This document shows positions 57,770 through 64,000 of a stretch of DNA of 64,000 nucleotides, in pieces. A model generated the notes under the pieces. It had not been told where the DNA came from, searched no databases, and saw only the letters and a program-made list of their open reading frames with translations. The stretch is taken from assembly GCA_045127235.1 (NCBI GenBank), contig JBGVPY010000022.1, forward strand, positions 102,889 to 166,888, read 5' to 3'. How positions within the stretch are numbered: the stretch's first letter is position 1; each line of letters begins with the position of its first letter. The position numbers and the translations under genes were made by a program. The stretch comes from Eubacteriales bacterium (GTDB taxonomy: Bacteria > Bacillota > Clostridia > Oscillospirales > CAG-272).

Positions 57770-59518
57770 TTGGAGAAAAAGAAGAATGGGCTTTTGAAAA
57801 GATTTTTGCCTTACTATAAAAAATACGGTTGGATAGTGGCTGTTGATTTGCTTTTTGCAGCACTTACAACGCTATGTGAAATTGTTTTGCCGCTTTTAGT
57901 TAAGGAAATCACAAACAAGGCTATGAATGATGTGGCTGCATTAACTATTGACTTTATTTTAAGAATTGGAATTTTCTATATTGTTTTAAGAATTATAGAC
58001 ACAGGGGCTAACTATTTTATGATTTCTATCGGTCATATTATGGGTGCTAAAATTGAGACTGATATGCGTAGAGATTTATTCGCACATCTTGAAAAGCAAT
58101 CACATTCATTCTATGACAACACGAAGGTAGGCTCACTTATGTCAAGAATGACTACTGACTTATTTGAGGTTACGGAGTTTGCCCATCACTGCCCTGAGGA
58201 ATTTTTCATTGCAGGAATTAAGATAATTGCTTCATTTATAATTTTAATTCGTGCCAACGTTATACTTACTCTTATTACCTTTGCTATTATTCCTTTAATG
58301 ATAATAACTATGGTAAGATTTAGGCGCACCATAAAGAAAAATTTTGCGGACAGTAAAAAGCAGATTGCAAATATTAATTCACAAATTGAGGATAGCTTAT
58401 TAGGCATTAGAGTAACAAAAGCGTTTGCAAAGGAAGACCTTGAAAACGAAAAGCACAACAGAGACAACTGTCAGTATTTGAAGTTAAAAACTGAAAGATA
58501 TTACTCAATGGGTAGATTTAATTCTACTACCAGATTGCTTGACGGTATTATGTATATTGTGGTTGTGCTCTTTGGCGGTATTTTTCTTGTGAATGGGGAC
58601 ATTACTGCTCCTGATTACGTTGCTTATTTGCTTTACGTTTCAACACTTCTTACATCGGTTAGAAGAATTATAGAGTTTACAGAGCAATTTGAAACGGGTA
58701 TGAGTGGTATTGACAGATTTATTGAAATTATGGACACGGAGCCGGAAATTGTTGACAAGGACGGGGCTGTAAATTTAGATGATGTCAAGGGACAAATTGA
58801 GTTTAAGAATGTTTCATTTAGTTATGAGGCTGAAAAGGGCGAGGTTATTACTAACTTAGATTTAAGTATAAAATCCGGAGAGAGTGTGGCACTTGTTGGT
58901 CCTTCGGGTGGGGGCAAGACTACTCTTTGCGCACTTATTCCTCGTTTTTACGAGGCTACAAGCGGTGAGATTTTAATTGACGGCTTAAATATTAAGGATG
59001 TAACCTTAAAATCATTAAGAGAAAACATTGGTGTTGTGGCACAGGATGTATATTTATTCTCGGGTACTATTAAGGAAAATATTGCTTATGGTAAGGACAA
59101 TGCAACTGATGAGGAAATAATCGCGTCTGCTAAAATGGCGGGAGCGCACGAATTTATTGAAGCGCTACCAAATGGGTATGATACTTATGTGGGAGAGCGT
59201 GGCGTTAAGCTATCCGGCGGACAAAAGCAAAGAGTTTCCATTGCAAGAGTATTCCTTAAAAATCCGCCTATACTTATTCTTGATGAGGCCACAAGCGCAC
59301 TTGACAATGAAAGCGAAAGACTTGTGCAAAAATCTCTTGAGGAGTTATCCAAGGGTCGAACAACTATTACTATTGCACACAGACTTACTACTATTAAAAA
59401 TGCGGATAGAATTTTGGTGCTTACGGAAAATGGTATAGAGGAAAGCGGCACGCATAAGGAGCTTATTGAGAAAGACGGTATATATGCTGAGTTATATAAG
59501 CTATATGCTACAATTTAA
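57770..59518 (+). CDS. ABC exporter, fused permease + ATPase (MsbA/multidrug type half-transporter)
   Basis: 582 aa with a 6-TM N-terminal domain. Walker A GPSGGGKTT, signature LSGGQKQRVSIARVF, Walker B ILILDEATSALD. TTG start after RBS AGGGGGGA. Confidence 0.85.
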   Translation: MEKKKNGLLKRFLPYYKKYGWIVAVDLLFAALTTLCEIVLPLLVKEITNKAMNDVAALTIDFILRIGIFYIVLRIIDTGANYFMISIGHIMGAKIETDMRRDLFAHLEKQSHSFYDNTKVGSLMSRMTTDLFEVTEFAHHCPEEFFIAGIKIIASFIILIRANVILTLITFAIIPLMIITMVRFRRTIKKNFADSKKQIANINSQIEDSLLGIRVTKAFAKEDLENEKHNRDNCQYLKLKTERYYSMGRFNSTTRLLDGIMYIVVVLFGGIFLVNGDITAPDYVAYLLYVSTLLTSVRRIIEFTEQFETGMSGIDRFIEIMDTEPEIVDKDGAVNLDDVKGQIEFKNVSFSYEAEKGEVITNLDLSIKSGESVALVGPSGGGKTTLCALIPRFYEATSGEILIDGLNIKDVTLKSLRENIGVVAQDVYLFSGTIKENIAYGKDNATDEEIIASAKMAGAHEFIEALPNGYDTYVGERGVKLSGGQKQRVSIARVFLKNPPILILDEATSALDNESERLVQKSLEELSKGRTTITIAHRLTTIKNADRILVLTENGIEESGTHKELIEKDGIYAELYKLYATI

Positions 59519-59537
59519 CGATTTCTGCACCTCATCC

Positions 59538-59573
59538 GTCAGCTACGCTGACACCTTCCCCTCAAGGGAAAGG
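59538..59573. other. GC-rich dual-hairpin element in the exporter 3' flank
   Basis: GTCAGC-tac-GCTGAC (59538-59552) followed directly by CCTTcCCC-tcaa-GGGaAAGG (59554-59573). Much more GC-rich than its surroundings. Confidence 0.5.
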
Positions 59574-59579
59574 CTACTA

Positions 59580-59621
59580 GGTGTTTACGCTGAGCTTTAC
59601 AAATTGTATGCGAATATATAA
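59580..59621 (+). pseudogene. 13-codon + stop relic duplicating the exporter C-terminus (GVYAELYKLYANI*)
   Basis: Translates to GVYAELYKLYANI*, against the real C-terminus GIYAELYKLYATI* at 59477-59518. It is in a different frame, and most codons differ only synonymously. Confidence 0.6.
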
Positions 59622-59655
59622 AAAATATCAAGGCTTTTCTGCCTTGATATTTTTT
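59620..59655 (+). terminator. Rho-independent terminator (copy A of a duplicated hairpin)
   Basis: AAAAAATATCAAGGC-ttttct-GCCTTGATATTTTTT. Confidence 0.85.
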
Positions 59656-59656
59656 G

Positions 59657-59685
59657 TTGACATAAAAGTTTTCCTATGCTATACT
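59657..59685 (+). promoter_or_regulatory. Consensus-like sigma-A promoter of the small membrane-protein gene
   Basis: TTGACA-17 nt-TATACT with a TGn extension, immediately after terminator copy A. Confidence 0.6.
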
Positions 59686-59706
59686 GAAATAAAGAGGTGA
59701 TGAATT

Positions 59707-60162
59707 TTGCAAAAGGCTTTTAAAATTTTAAACTCTGTTTATGTATTTGCTTCTCTAATCGGCACCATGCTTTTTCTTTTCGGTGAAGGTTTTTTGATTT
59801 TGAACAAAGCTAATTTATTTGTTTTTTTCATTCCTTTATCATTGGTGTTCATTTCTTTGTTGTTATTATTTGTATTTGACAACACCGATTCTGGTTTTTT
59901 CGCCAATTTAATTCCTTGGTCAATAGTTTTATTGTTTGATGTTTTGATTCTATGGAGCTTGTTTATATATTTAAAGAAAAACAAATTTCTTATGATTTTT
60001 ATAATGTACATTACCGACATAGCTGCTCTTTTTTTGTTTTGCGATTTTGATGTATTCTCTTATAGCGTTGCTTTGAGATTAATAATAAAATTAATATTCT
60101 TAGGAGTTTTAATTGCTCATTTTGTTATACATAGAAAAAATATCAAGGCTAATTTGCCTTGA
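59707..60162 (+). CDS. Hypothetical small multi-pass membrane protein
   Basis: 151 aa, 4-5 hydrophobic helices. TTG start 7 nt after RBS AAAGAGGTGA. The stop lies inside terminator copy B. Confidence 0.55.
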   Translation: MQKAFKILNSVYVFASLIGTMLFLFGEGFLILNKANLFVFFIPLSLVFISLLLLFVFDNTDSGFFANLIPWSIVLLFDVLILWSLFIYLKKNKFLMIFIMYITDIAALFLFCDFDVFSYSVALRLIIKLIFLGVLIAHFVIHRKNIKANLP

Positions 60163-60170
60163 TATTTTTT
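60135..60170. terminator. Bidirectional terminator (copy B of the duplicated hairpin)
   Basis: AAAAAATATCAAGGC-taattt-GCCTTGATATTTTTT. Both arms are identical to copy A. It contains the stop codons of both convergent genes. Confidence 0.85.
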
Positions 60171-60487
60171 ATTATAAAGTCTTTTAGTGGGGTTTGCTCC
60201 GTGGTGGTTAAAACATAGCTATCCAAGCATTTATAGCCGTTTTCTGCTTTGGTGATCAGGTCAATTTTTTGTGCGCGTGTTAGGTGCTTTTTTATGTAAA
60301 ACTCGCGTTTTTGCGCTTCGATTGGTGTATCAAGGATTTCAAAATAGATTAGCTCAACGGGTGTGCGTGAGTGTGTATATTTTGCGCCCTTGCCACTATT
60401 ATGGGAGGTTAGTCTTTTGATTATGTCATTGGTCCAGCCTGTGTAAAGCGTATTATCGCTACATTTTAGTATATATACGAAGTTCAT
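60149..60487 (-). CDS. GIY-YIG nuclease-domain protein (UPF0213/YhbQ-like)
   Basis: MNFVYILKCSDNTLYTGWTNDIIKRLTSHNSGKGAKYT is the GIY-YIG core. The ATG at 60487 forms an ATGA overlap with the upstream gene's stop. Confidence 0.75.
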   Translation of the reverse strand: MNFVYILKCSDNTLYTGWTNDIIKRLTSHNSGKGAKYTHSRTPVELIYFEILDTPIEAQKREFYIKKHLTRAQKIDLITKAENGYKCLDSYVLTTTEQTPLKDFIIKNIKAN

Positions 60488-61371
60488 TTGTCTTCTTTTC
60501 TTTCTTTTATAAGCTGATATATGCCATATGCAGTTAAACATACTGCGCCCACATCCAATACTATACCAAGCCACATAAACGCTTTTGCTTCAAACAACAT
60601 TAATCGTTGCGAGTCGTCGAAATTTAATAGCTCCTTGCTTTCTGTTTTTAGCTCTACTATATAGTCTGTGGTTGGATTTATTAATACATATAGCTTTTCT
60701 CCCTTATGTAAGGCTTTTAAACCGTCGAGAATTTCGACATACGCACAGCATTGGTGGATAGTATGCTCTGTTTCGTCCTCGAAAATTATATCTACATAGC
60801 CCTGACCGTCCTGATTATAGCTACTGTATATGCCTTCATATCGCTGAGTTTCTTCCTTTGCAATTGGTTTATACCTATTTGGCATAGTAATAAATATTAT
60901 TGAAATAAGCACGCACAAAACTGATATTCCTATCATAAAAAGCGGTGAGTCATCCTTATCAAAGCTAATTCTTTTTTTGCCTGTTCTATGATTTTCCATA
61001 GGTAGGCATAATCTTTGCTTTACAATAAAGTGAAGTGCAGAATAATTAGAGTGAAAATACTTTCCTATTTCTAAAAGCTCGCTATTTTCTCTTGCGTTAT
61101 TGGTTACATTTAAAAAAATATAATTTTTGTCTTTAAATATTACCGCATAGCCGTTTGAAAATACAAGACAGCGCTTTAATTCCTTATATCCGTAATTTAG
61201 GTCTATTCTATTGTTGTTAGCTGAATACCAAATATGCATACCGTCCTCTTCAAGCTCAAATTTGGCTTCATCGGTTATGCTTAAATCAAAAATACATTTA
61301 TACTTTTTTAATTCCTTTGCATCTAAGGCTGATACGATTTTCTTATATTTTGTATCTATTAAAAGCTTCAA
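60484..61371 (-). CDS. Hypothetical two-TM membrane protein, translationally coupled to the GIY-YIG gene
   Basis: 295 aa from the TTG at 61371 (RBS GAGGTGA). TM helices LFMIGISVLCVLISIIFITM and AFMWLGIVLDVGAVCLTAYGIY. No family recognised. Confidence 0.5.
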   Translation of the reverse strand: MKLLIDTKYKKIVSALDAKELKKYKCIFDLSITDEAKFELEEDGMHIWYSANNNRIDLNYGYKELKRCLVFSNGYAVIFKDKNYIFLNVTNNARENSELLEIGKYFHSNYSALHFIVKQRLCLPMENHRTGKKRISFDKDDSPLFMIGISVLCVLISIIFITMPNRYKPIAKEETQRYEGIYSSYNQDGQGYVDIIFEDETEHTIHQCCAYVEILDGLKALHKGEKLYVLINPTTDYIVELKTESKELLNFDDSQRLMLFEAKAFMWLGIVLDVGAVCLTAYGIYQLIKERKEDK

Positions 61372-61393
61372 TTTGATCACCTCGGTATGAAAT

Positions 61394-61422
61394 AGTATAA
61401 CACAGTTGCATTTATTTTGCAA
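61394..61422 (-). promoter_or_regulatory. Sigma-A type promoter embedded in a perfect 10-bp inverted repeat
   Basis: Minus strand reads TTGCAA-17 nt-TATACT with a TGn extension. The inverted repeat CACAGTTGCA-n7-TGCAACTGTG (61401-61427) covers the -35 hexamer and the spacer. Confidence 0.5.
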
Positions 61423-61530
61423 CTGTGATATATTAAAATTAGAAAATTTTGCAATTTCTTGTAACCTTTGCATTTTATTTCCTGTCTATTAGGGTGAAGT
61501 GCTTCAATGCTTTCGAAAGGGGGAATCTTT

Positions 61531-62091
61531 ATGGAAGATAGTAAGATAGTTGAATTGTATTTACAAAGAGATGAAAATGCTATAAAAGAAACCAAAGAAA
61601 AATATGAAAAATACTGTTCTTATATTGCTAACAATATTTTAAATTCTACTCTTGATACAGAAGAATGTGTCAATGATACTTATTTAGCTACATGGAATTC
61701 TATACCGCCAAATAAACCAAAAAGCTTGCGCGCTTATGTTGGCAAGATTGTAAGGAATATTGCTTTGAACAGATATAATGCAAATAAGGCGAAAAAGCGT
61801 AATGACGGTATAGAGGTCGTGCTTGATGAGTTAAATGAGGTTATTGGCGACAGTGAGAGTGATGGGCGTAATTTAACTGATGAGATTACGCTAAAATATG
61901 CTTTGAATGCTTTTGTTGGCTCGCTTAAGCAAGAGACAAGAGAGATTTTTGTAAGAAGATATTGGTATTTAAGCCCCATAAAGGAAATTGCCTCTGATTA
62001 CGGACTTAAAGAAAGCAAGGTAAAGGTTACACTTTTAAGAACTCGTGAGCTTTTACGAGAGTTTTTAAGAAAGGAAGGAATTGTAATATGA
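61531..62091 (+). CDS. ECF-type sigma-70 family RNA polymerase sigma factor
   Basis: 186 aa. Region 2-like block NDTYLATWNSIPP...YVGKIVRNIALNRY and a region 4 HTH (PIKEIASDYGLKESKVKVTLLRTRELLREFL). RBS AAAGGGGGA. Confidence 0.8.
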   Translation: MEDSKIVELYLQRDENAIKETKEKYEKYCSYIANNILNSTLDTEECVNDTYLATWNSIPPNKPKSLRAYVGKIVRNIALNRYNANKAKKRNDGIEVVLDELNEVIGDSESDGRNLTDEITLKYALNAFVGSLKQETREIFVRRYWYLSPIKEIASDYGLKESKVKVTLLRTRELLREFLRKEGIVI

Positions 62092-64000
62092 AAAATGAAC
62101 GATTACTTGATAGTATGAATTTGCTTGATGACAAATATATTGATGAAGCAAGTCCTAAGGGAAAAAGAAAAAAGAAAATAAATTGGATGCGATTTGGTGC
62201 ACTTGCGGCTTGTATTTGCTTAATGGTAACCTCTTTAAGCTTATTCTTATTTATTCCATTTAAGACAACTGTGCCTGATATATCGGAGTATGAGGATAGT
62301 GAATACTTCCCTATTATTGAAAAGATAAATATGTTAAGCGCGGTTAAGCCGAAATATAAGAATAATTTTGATAAAATTATCAGTTCATTTGCGGCGGTTG
62401 GTGGTGTGTTTGATAATAACGTTGACATGGATATTAACGGTAGCTTTGATAAGGTCGAGGATATGTACGCACCTGGTTCTCCATCGCCTGACGGTGGCAG
62501 TAACGGTGATACCGACAGTAATGGAAAATATGAGGAAACAACCGATAATCAAGTTCAGGGTGTTATTGAGGGCGACATTATCAAAAGAAGTGATAAGTAT
62601 ATTTACTATTTAGCAAGTGATTTTTTGAGAATTTACTCTATTGAAGGCGAGGACTCAAAATTAATTAGCGAAACAGAGCTGTCTCCTATCAAATTTATTA
62701 ACTCATACGGCAAGGAAGAAGAAACAAATATAAACATATACAACTGTGAAATGTATTTATCACAAGATTGCAAAACAATTAATGTTATCGGTATGCATTG
62801 GGATAAACATACTAATGTAAACAAAACAGTAATTGTTTCCTATGATGTTAGCGACATTAACAATAAAGCTACACTTAAAAATTACGTTTCTGTTGAGGGT
62901 AATTACAAAACTTCAAGGGTGATTGACGGTAAATTGCTTGTTGTTACTACAAAAGCATATGGAAATATTGATTATTCAAAGCCTGAAACATTTGTGCCAA
63001 GCATTAGTTATGATAACGGAACAAGAAATGAACTTATTCCTATGGAATATATTGCTTGTCCTGATAAAATTATAAATAAGAATTATACAGTTGTTAGTTT
63101 GCTTGATGAAAGCACACTTAATTTTGATGGTTGCGCGGGTTTCCTTTCTTTTTCAAACGATATATACGTAACTAACAATGCAATTTATGCTTCAAATACG
63201 ATGACGGAAGAAAATGACAAGAATGGTAAGAGTGTTACTGAAATCGCTTGTATTTCTTATGGCAAGGAATTTGATGTTAAAGGTACTATAAAGGTTGATG
63301 GATATATTAAGGACAGATATAGCTTTGATGAATACAAGGATATTTTAAGAGTTGTTACTACTACATCAAGCTTTACTAAAAAGCAGTATAATTTTGCAGG
63401 TAATGAGTCATTTGTGTTGAATACATCCGATGGCACAAGTGCAAGCTTATATTGTATTGATTTGGAAACTTGGGAAGTGGTTGCTTCTGTTGAAAATTTT
63501 GCACCTAAGGGCGAAACTGTTCGTTCAGTAAGGTTTGACAAGGATTATGCTTATGTATGTACTGCGATACAATTAACGGACCCCGTGTTCTTCTTTGATT
63601 TAAGTGATTTAAATAACATTACTTATAAGGAAACGGGAAATATTGAGGGCTTCTCTACCTCGCTTATAAATCTTGGCGATGGTTATTTACTCGGTATAGG
63701 CAGAGGGGATAGTTGGTCAAGTATTAAGGTTGAGGTTTACCGTGAGAATGAGAGCAAGGTTGAGTCTGTATGCTCATATGAAATTAAAAACGGAAGTTAC
63801 TCTCAAAACTACAAGTCATATTATATAAACAGAGATACAGGAATGTTTGGATTTGGATACCATGATTATGACGCGTATTACGGTCCCGGAAGAAACAATT
63901 ATTACGTATTATTGTTATTTGCAAACGGCGAGCTTTTAGAGCTTGCATATACACCGATTAACGGTCAGCCTGAAAATATGCGTTCAGTTTATATTGACGG
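62088..64000 (+). CDS. Sigma-associated single-pass membrane protein with extracellular beta-propeller domain (putative anti-sigma factor), 3' end beyond the window
   Basis: Not in the ORF track because it has no in-window stop; I translated the frame by hand from the ATG at 62088 (ATGA overlap with the sigma gene stop) to base 64000 without encountering a stop codon. MKNERLLDSMNLLDDKYIDEA..., TM helix FGALAACICLMVTSLSLFLFI, then blocks typical of the 'beta-propeller domain' family: TDNQVQGVIEGDIIKRSDKYIYYL, KDRYSFDEYKDILRVVTT, GETVRSVRFDKDYAYVCTAIQLTDPVFFFDLSD. Confidence 0.75.
   Translation, partial: MKNERLLDSMNLLDDKYIDEASPKGKRKKKINWMRFGALAACICLMVTSLSLFLFIPFKTTVPDISEYEDSEYFPIIEKINMLSAVKPKYKNNFDKIISSFAAVGGVFDNNVDMDINGSFDKVEDMYAPGSPSPDGGSNGDTDSNGKYEETTDNQVQGVIEGDIIKRSDKYIYYLASDFLRIYSIEGEDSKLISETELSPIKFINSYGKEEETNINIYNCEMYLSQDCKTINVIGMHWDKHTNVNKTVIVSYDVSDINNKATLKNYVSVEGNYKTSRVIDGKLLVVTTKAYGNIDYSKPETFVPSISYDNGTRNELIPMEYIACPDKIINKNYTVVSLLDESTLNFDGCAGFLSFSNDIYVTNNAIYASNTMTEENDKNGKSVTEIACISYGKEFDVKGTIKVDGYIKDRYSFDEYKDILRVVTTTSSFTKKQYNFAGNESFVLNTSDGTSASLYCIDLETWEVVASVENFAPKGETVRSVRFDKDYAYVCTAIQLTDPVFFFDLSDLNNITYKETGNIEGFSTSLINLGDGYLLGIGRGDSWSSIKVEVYRENESKVESVCSYEIKNGSYSQNYKSYYINRDTGMFGFGYHDYDAYYGPGRNNYYVLLLFANGELLELAYTPINGQPENMRSVYID

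Noticed and set aside
59520-59579. Whether the GC-rich dual hairpin is a MITE or known repeat family. Its pseudo-translation HLIRQLR*HLPLKGKA resembles short GC-rich intergenic repeats I recall seeing in gut Clostridia.
   Set aside because: There is only one copy in this window, with no terminal inverted repeats or target-site duplication, and my recollection cannot be verified without a genome-wide search. I kept it only as context for the ghost C-terminus finding.
60135-60170. The convergent 151-aa membrane ORF and the GIY-YIG ORF end in similar peptides: ...KNIKANLP* and ...KNIKAN*.
   Set aside because: This is not homology. Both ORFs read through opposite arms of the same palindromic terminator (each strand reads AAAAATATCAAGGC) in the same frame, so the shared KNIKA is a trivial consequence of the hairpin symmetry.
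61461-61488. Candidate autoregulatory ECF-type promoter (GTAACC ... TGTCTA) upstream of the sigma gene.
   Set aside because: The spacing between the AAC and GTC elements is ~18 nt, longer than the 16-17 nt typical of ECF promoters, and the match is short. There is not enough support to call it a feature.
1-64000. Looked for CRISPR arrays, tRNA/rRNA genes, transposases, integrases and prophage or toxin-antitoxin modules.
   Set aside because: I found no regularly spaced direct repeats, no tRNA-like T-loop (GGTTCGAATCC-type) or rRNA segments, and no ORF with DDE, tyrosine- or serine-recombinase motifs. The only repeat structures are those reported (18-nt tandem, duplicated terminator hairpin, PHP paralogs).

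Overview
AT-rich Firmicutes/Clostridia-type chromosomal segment from a likely spore-former (spoVT, an Amidase_3 amidase and a SpoIVFB-like M50 protease are present). Genes are densely packed, mostly RBS-preceded, and separated by many hairpin/T-run terminators. Housekeeping genes: phosphohexomutase 3' end, TtcA-like PP-loop ATPase, potA-potB-potCD polyamine importer, rarA, ROK glucokinase, recG, rsuA, tex, ribF, rubrerythrin, and an orphan MsmX-type sugar-ABC ATPase. These are interleaved with carbohydrate-utilisation genes: GH2, an SGNH esterase, a GH10-like protein, a multi-discoidin secreted protein and a 12-kb seven-gene minus-strand operon (19087-31157). Most unusual observations: (1) The operon has one ~1000-aa solute-binding protein carrying two CBM-like modules, two MalF/MalG permease pairs and no ATPase. 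A 720-aa NHL/TPR/Yip1-like membrane protein and a 906-aa secreted protein of unknown family sit between the permease pairs. (2) Four head-to-tail PHP-domain metallo-phosphoesterase paralogs (40130-44366) lie between rsuA and tex, and the two inner copies show mosaic identity. (3) A GC-richer two-gene operon encodes a 'GGGtGRT'-motif protein and an IscU-like protein of unknown function. (4) The 3' flank of an ABC exporter holds a synonymously diverged 14-codon 'ghost' copy of its own C-terminus. It is followed by a one-gene cassette bracketed by two copies of the same terminator hairpin. (5) An ECF-type sigma factor is start/stop-overlapped with a membrane-anchored beta-propeller protein whose ORF runs off the window and is absent from the supplied ORF track. 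I saw no rRNA, tRNA, CRISPR array, transposase or integrase. All family assignments rest on motifs read by eye; no searches were run.
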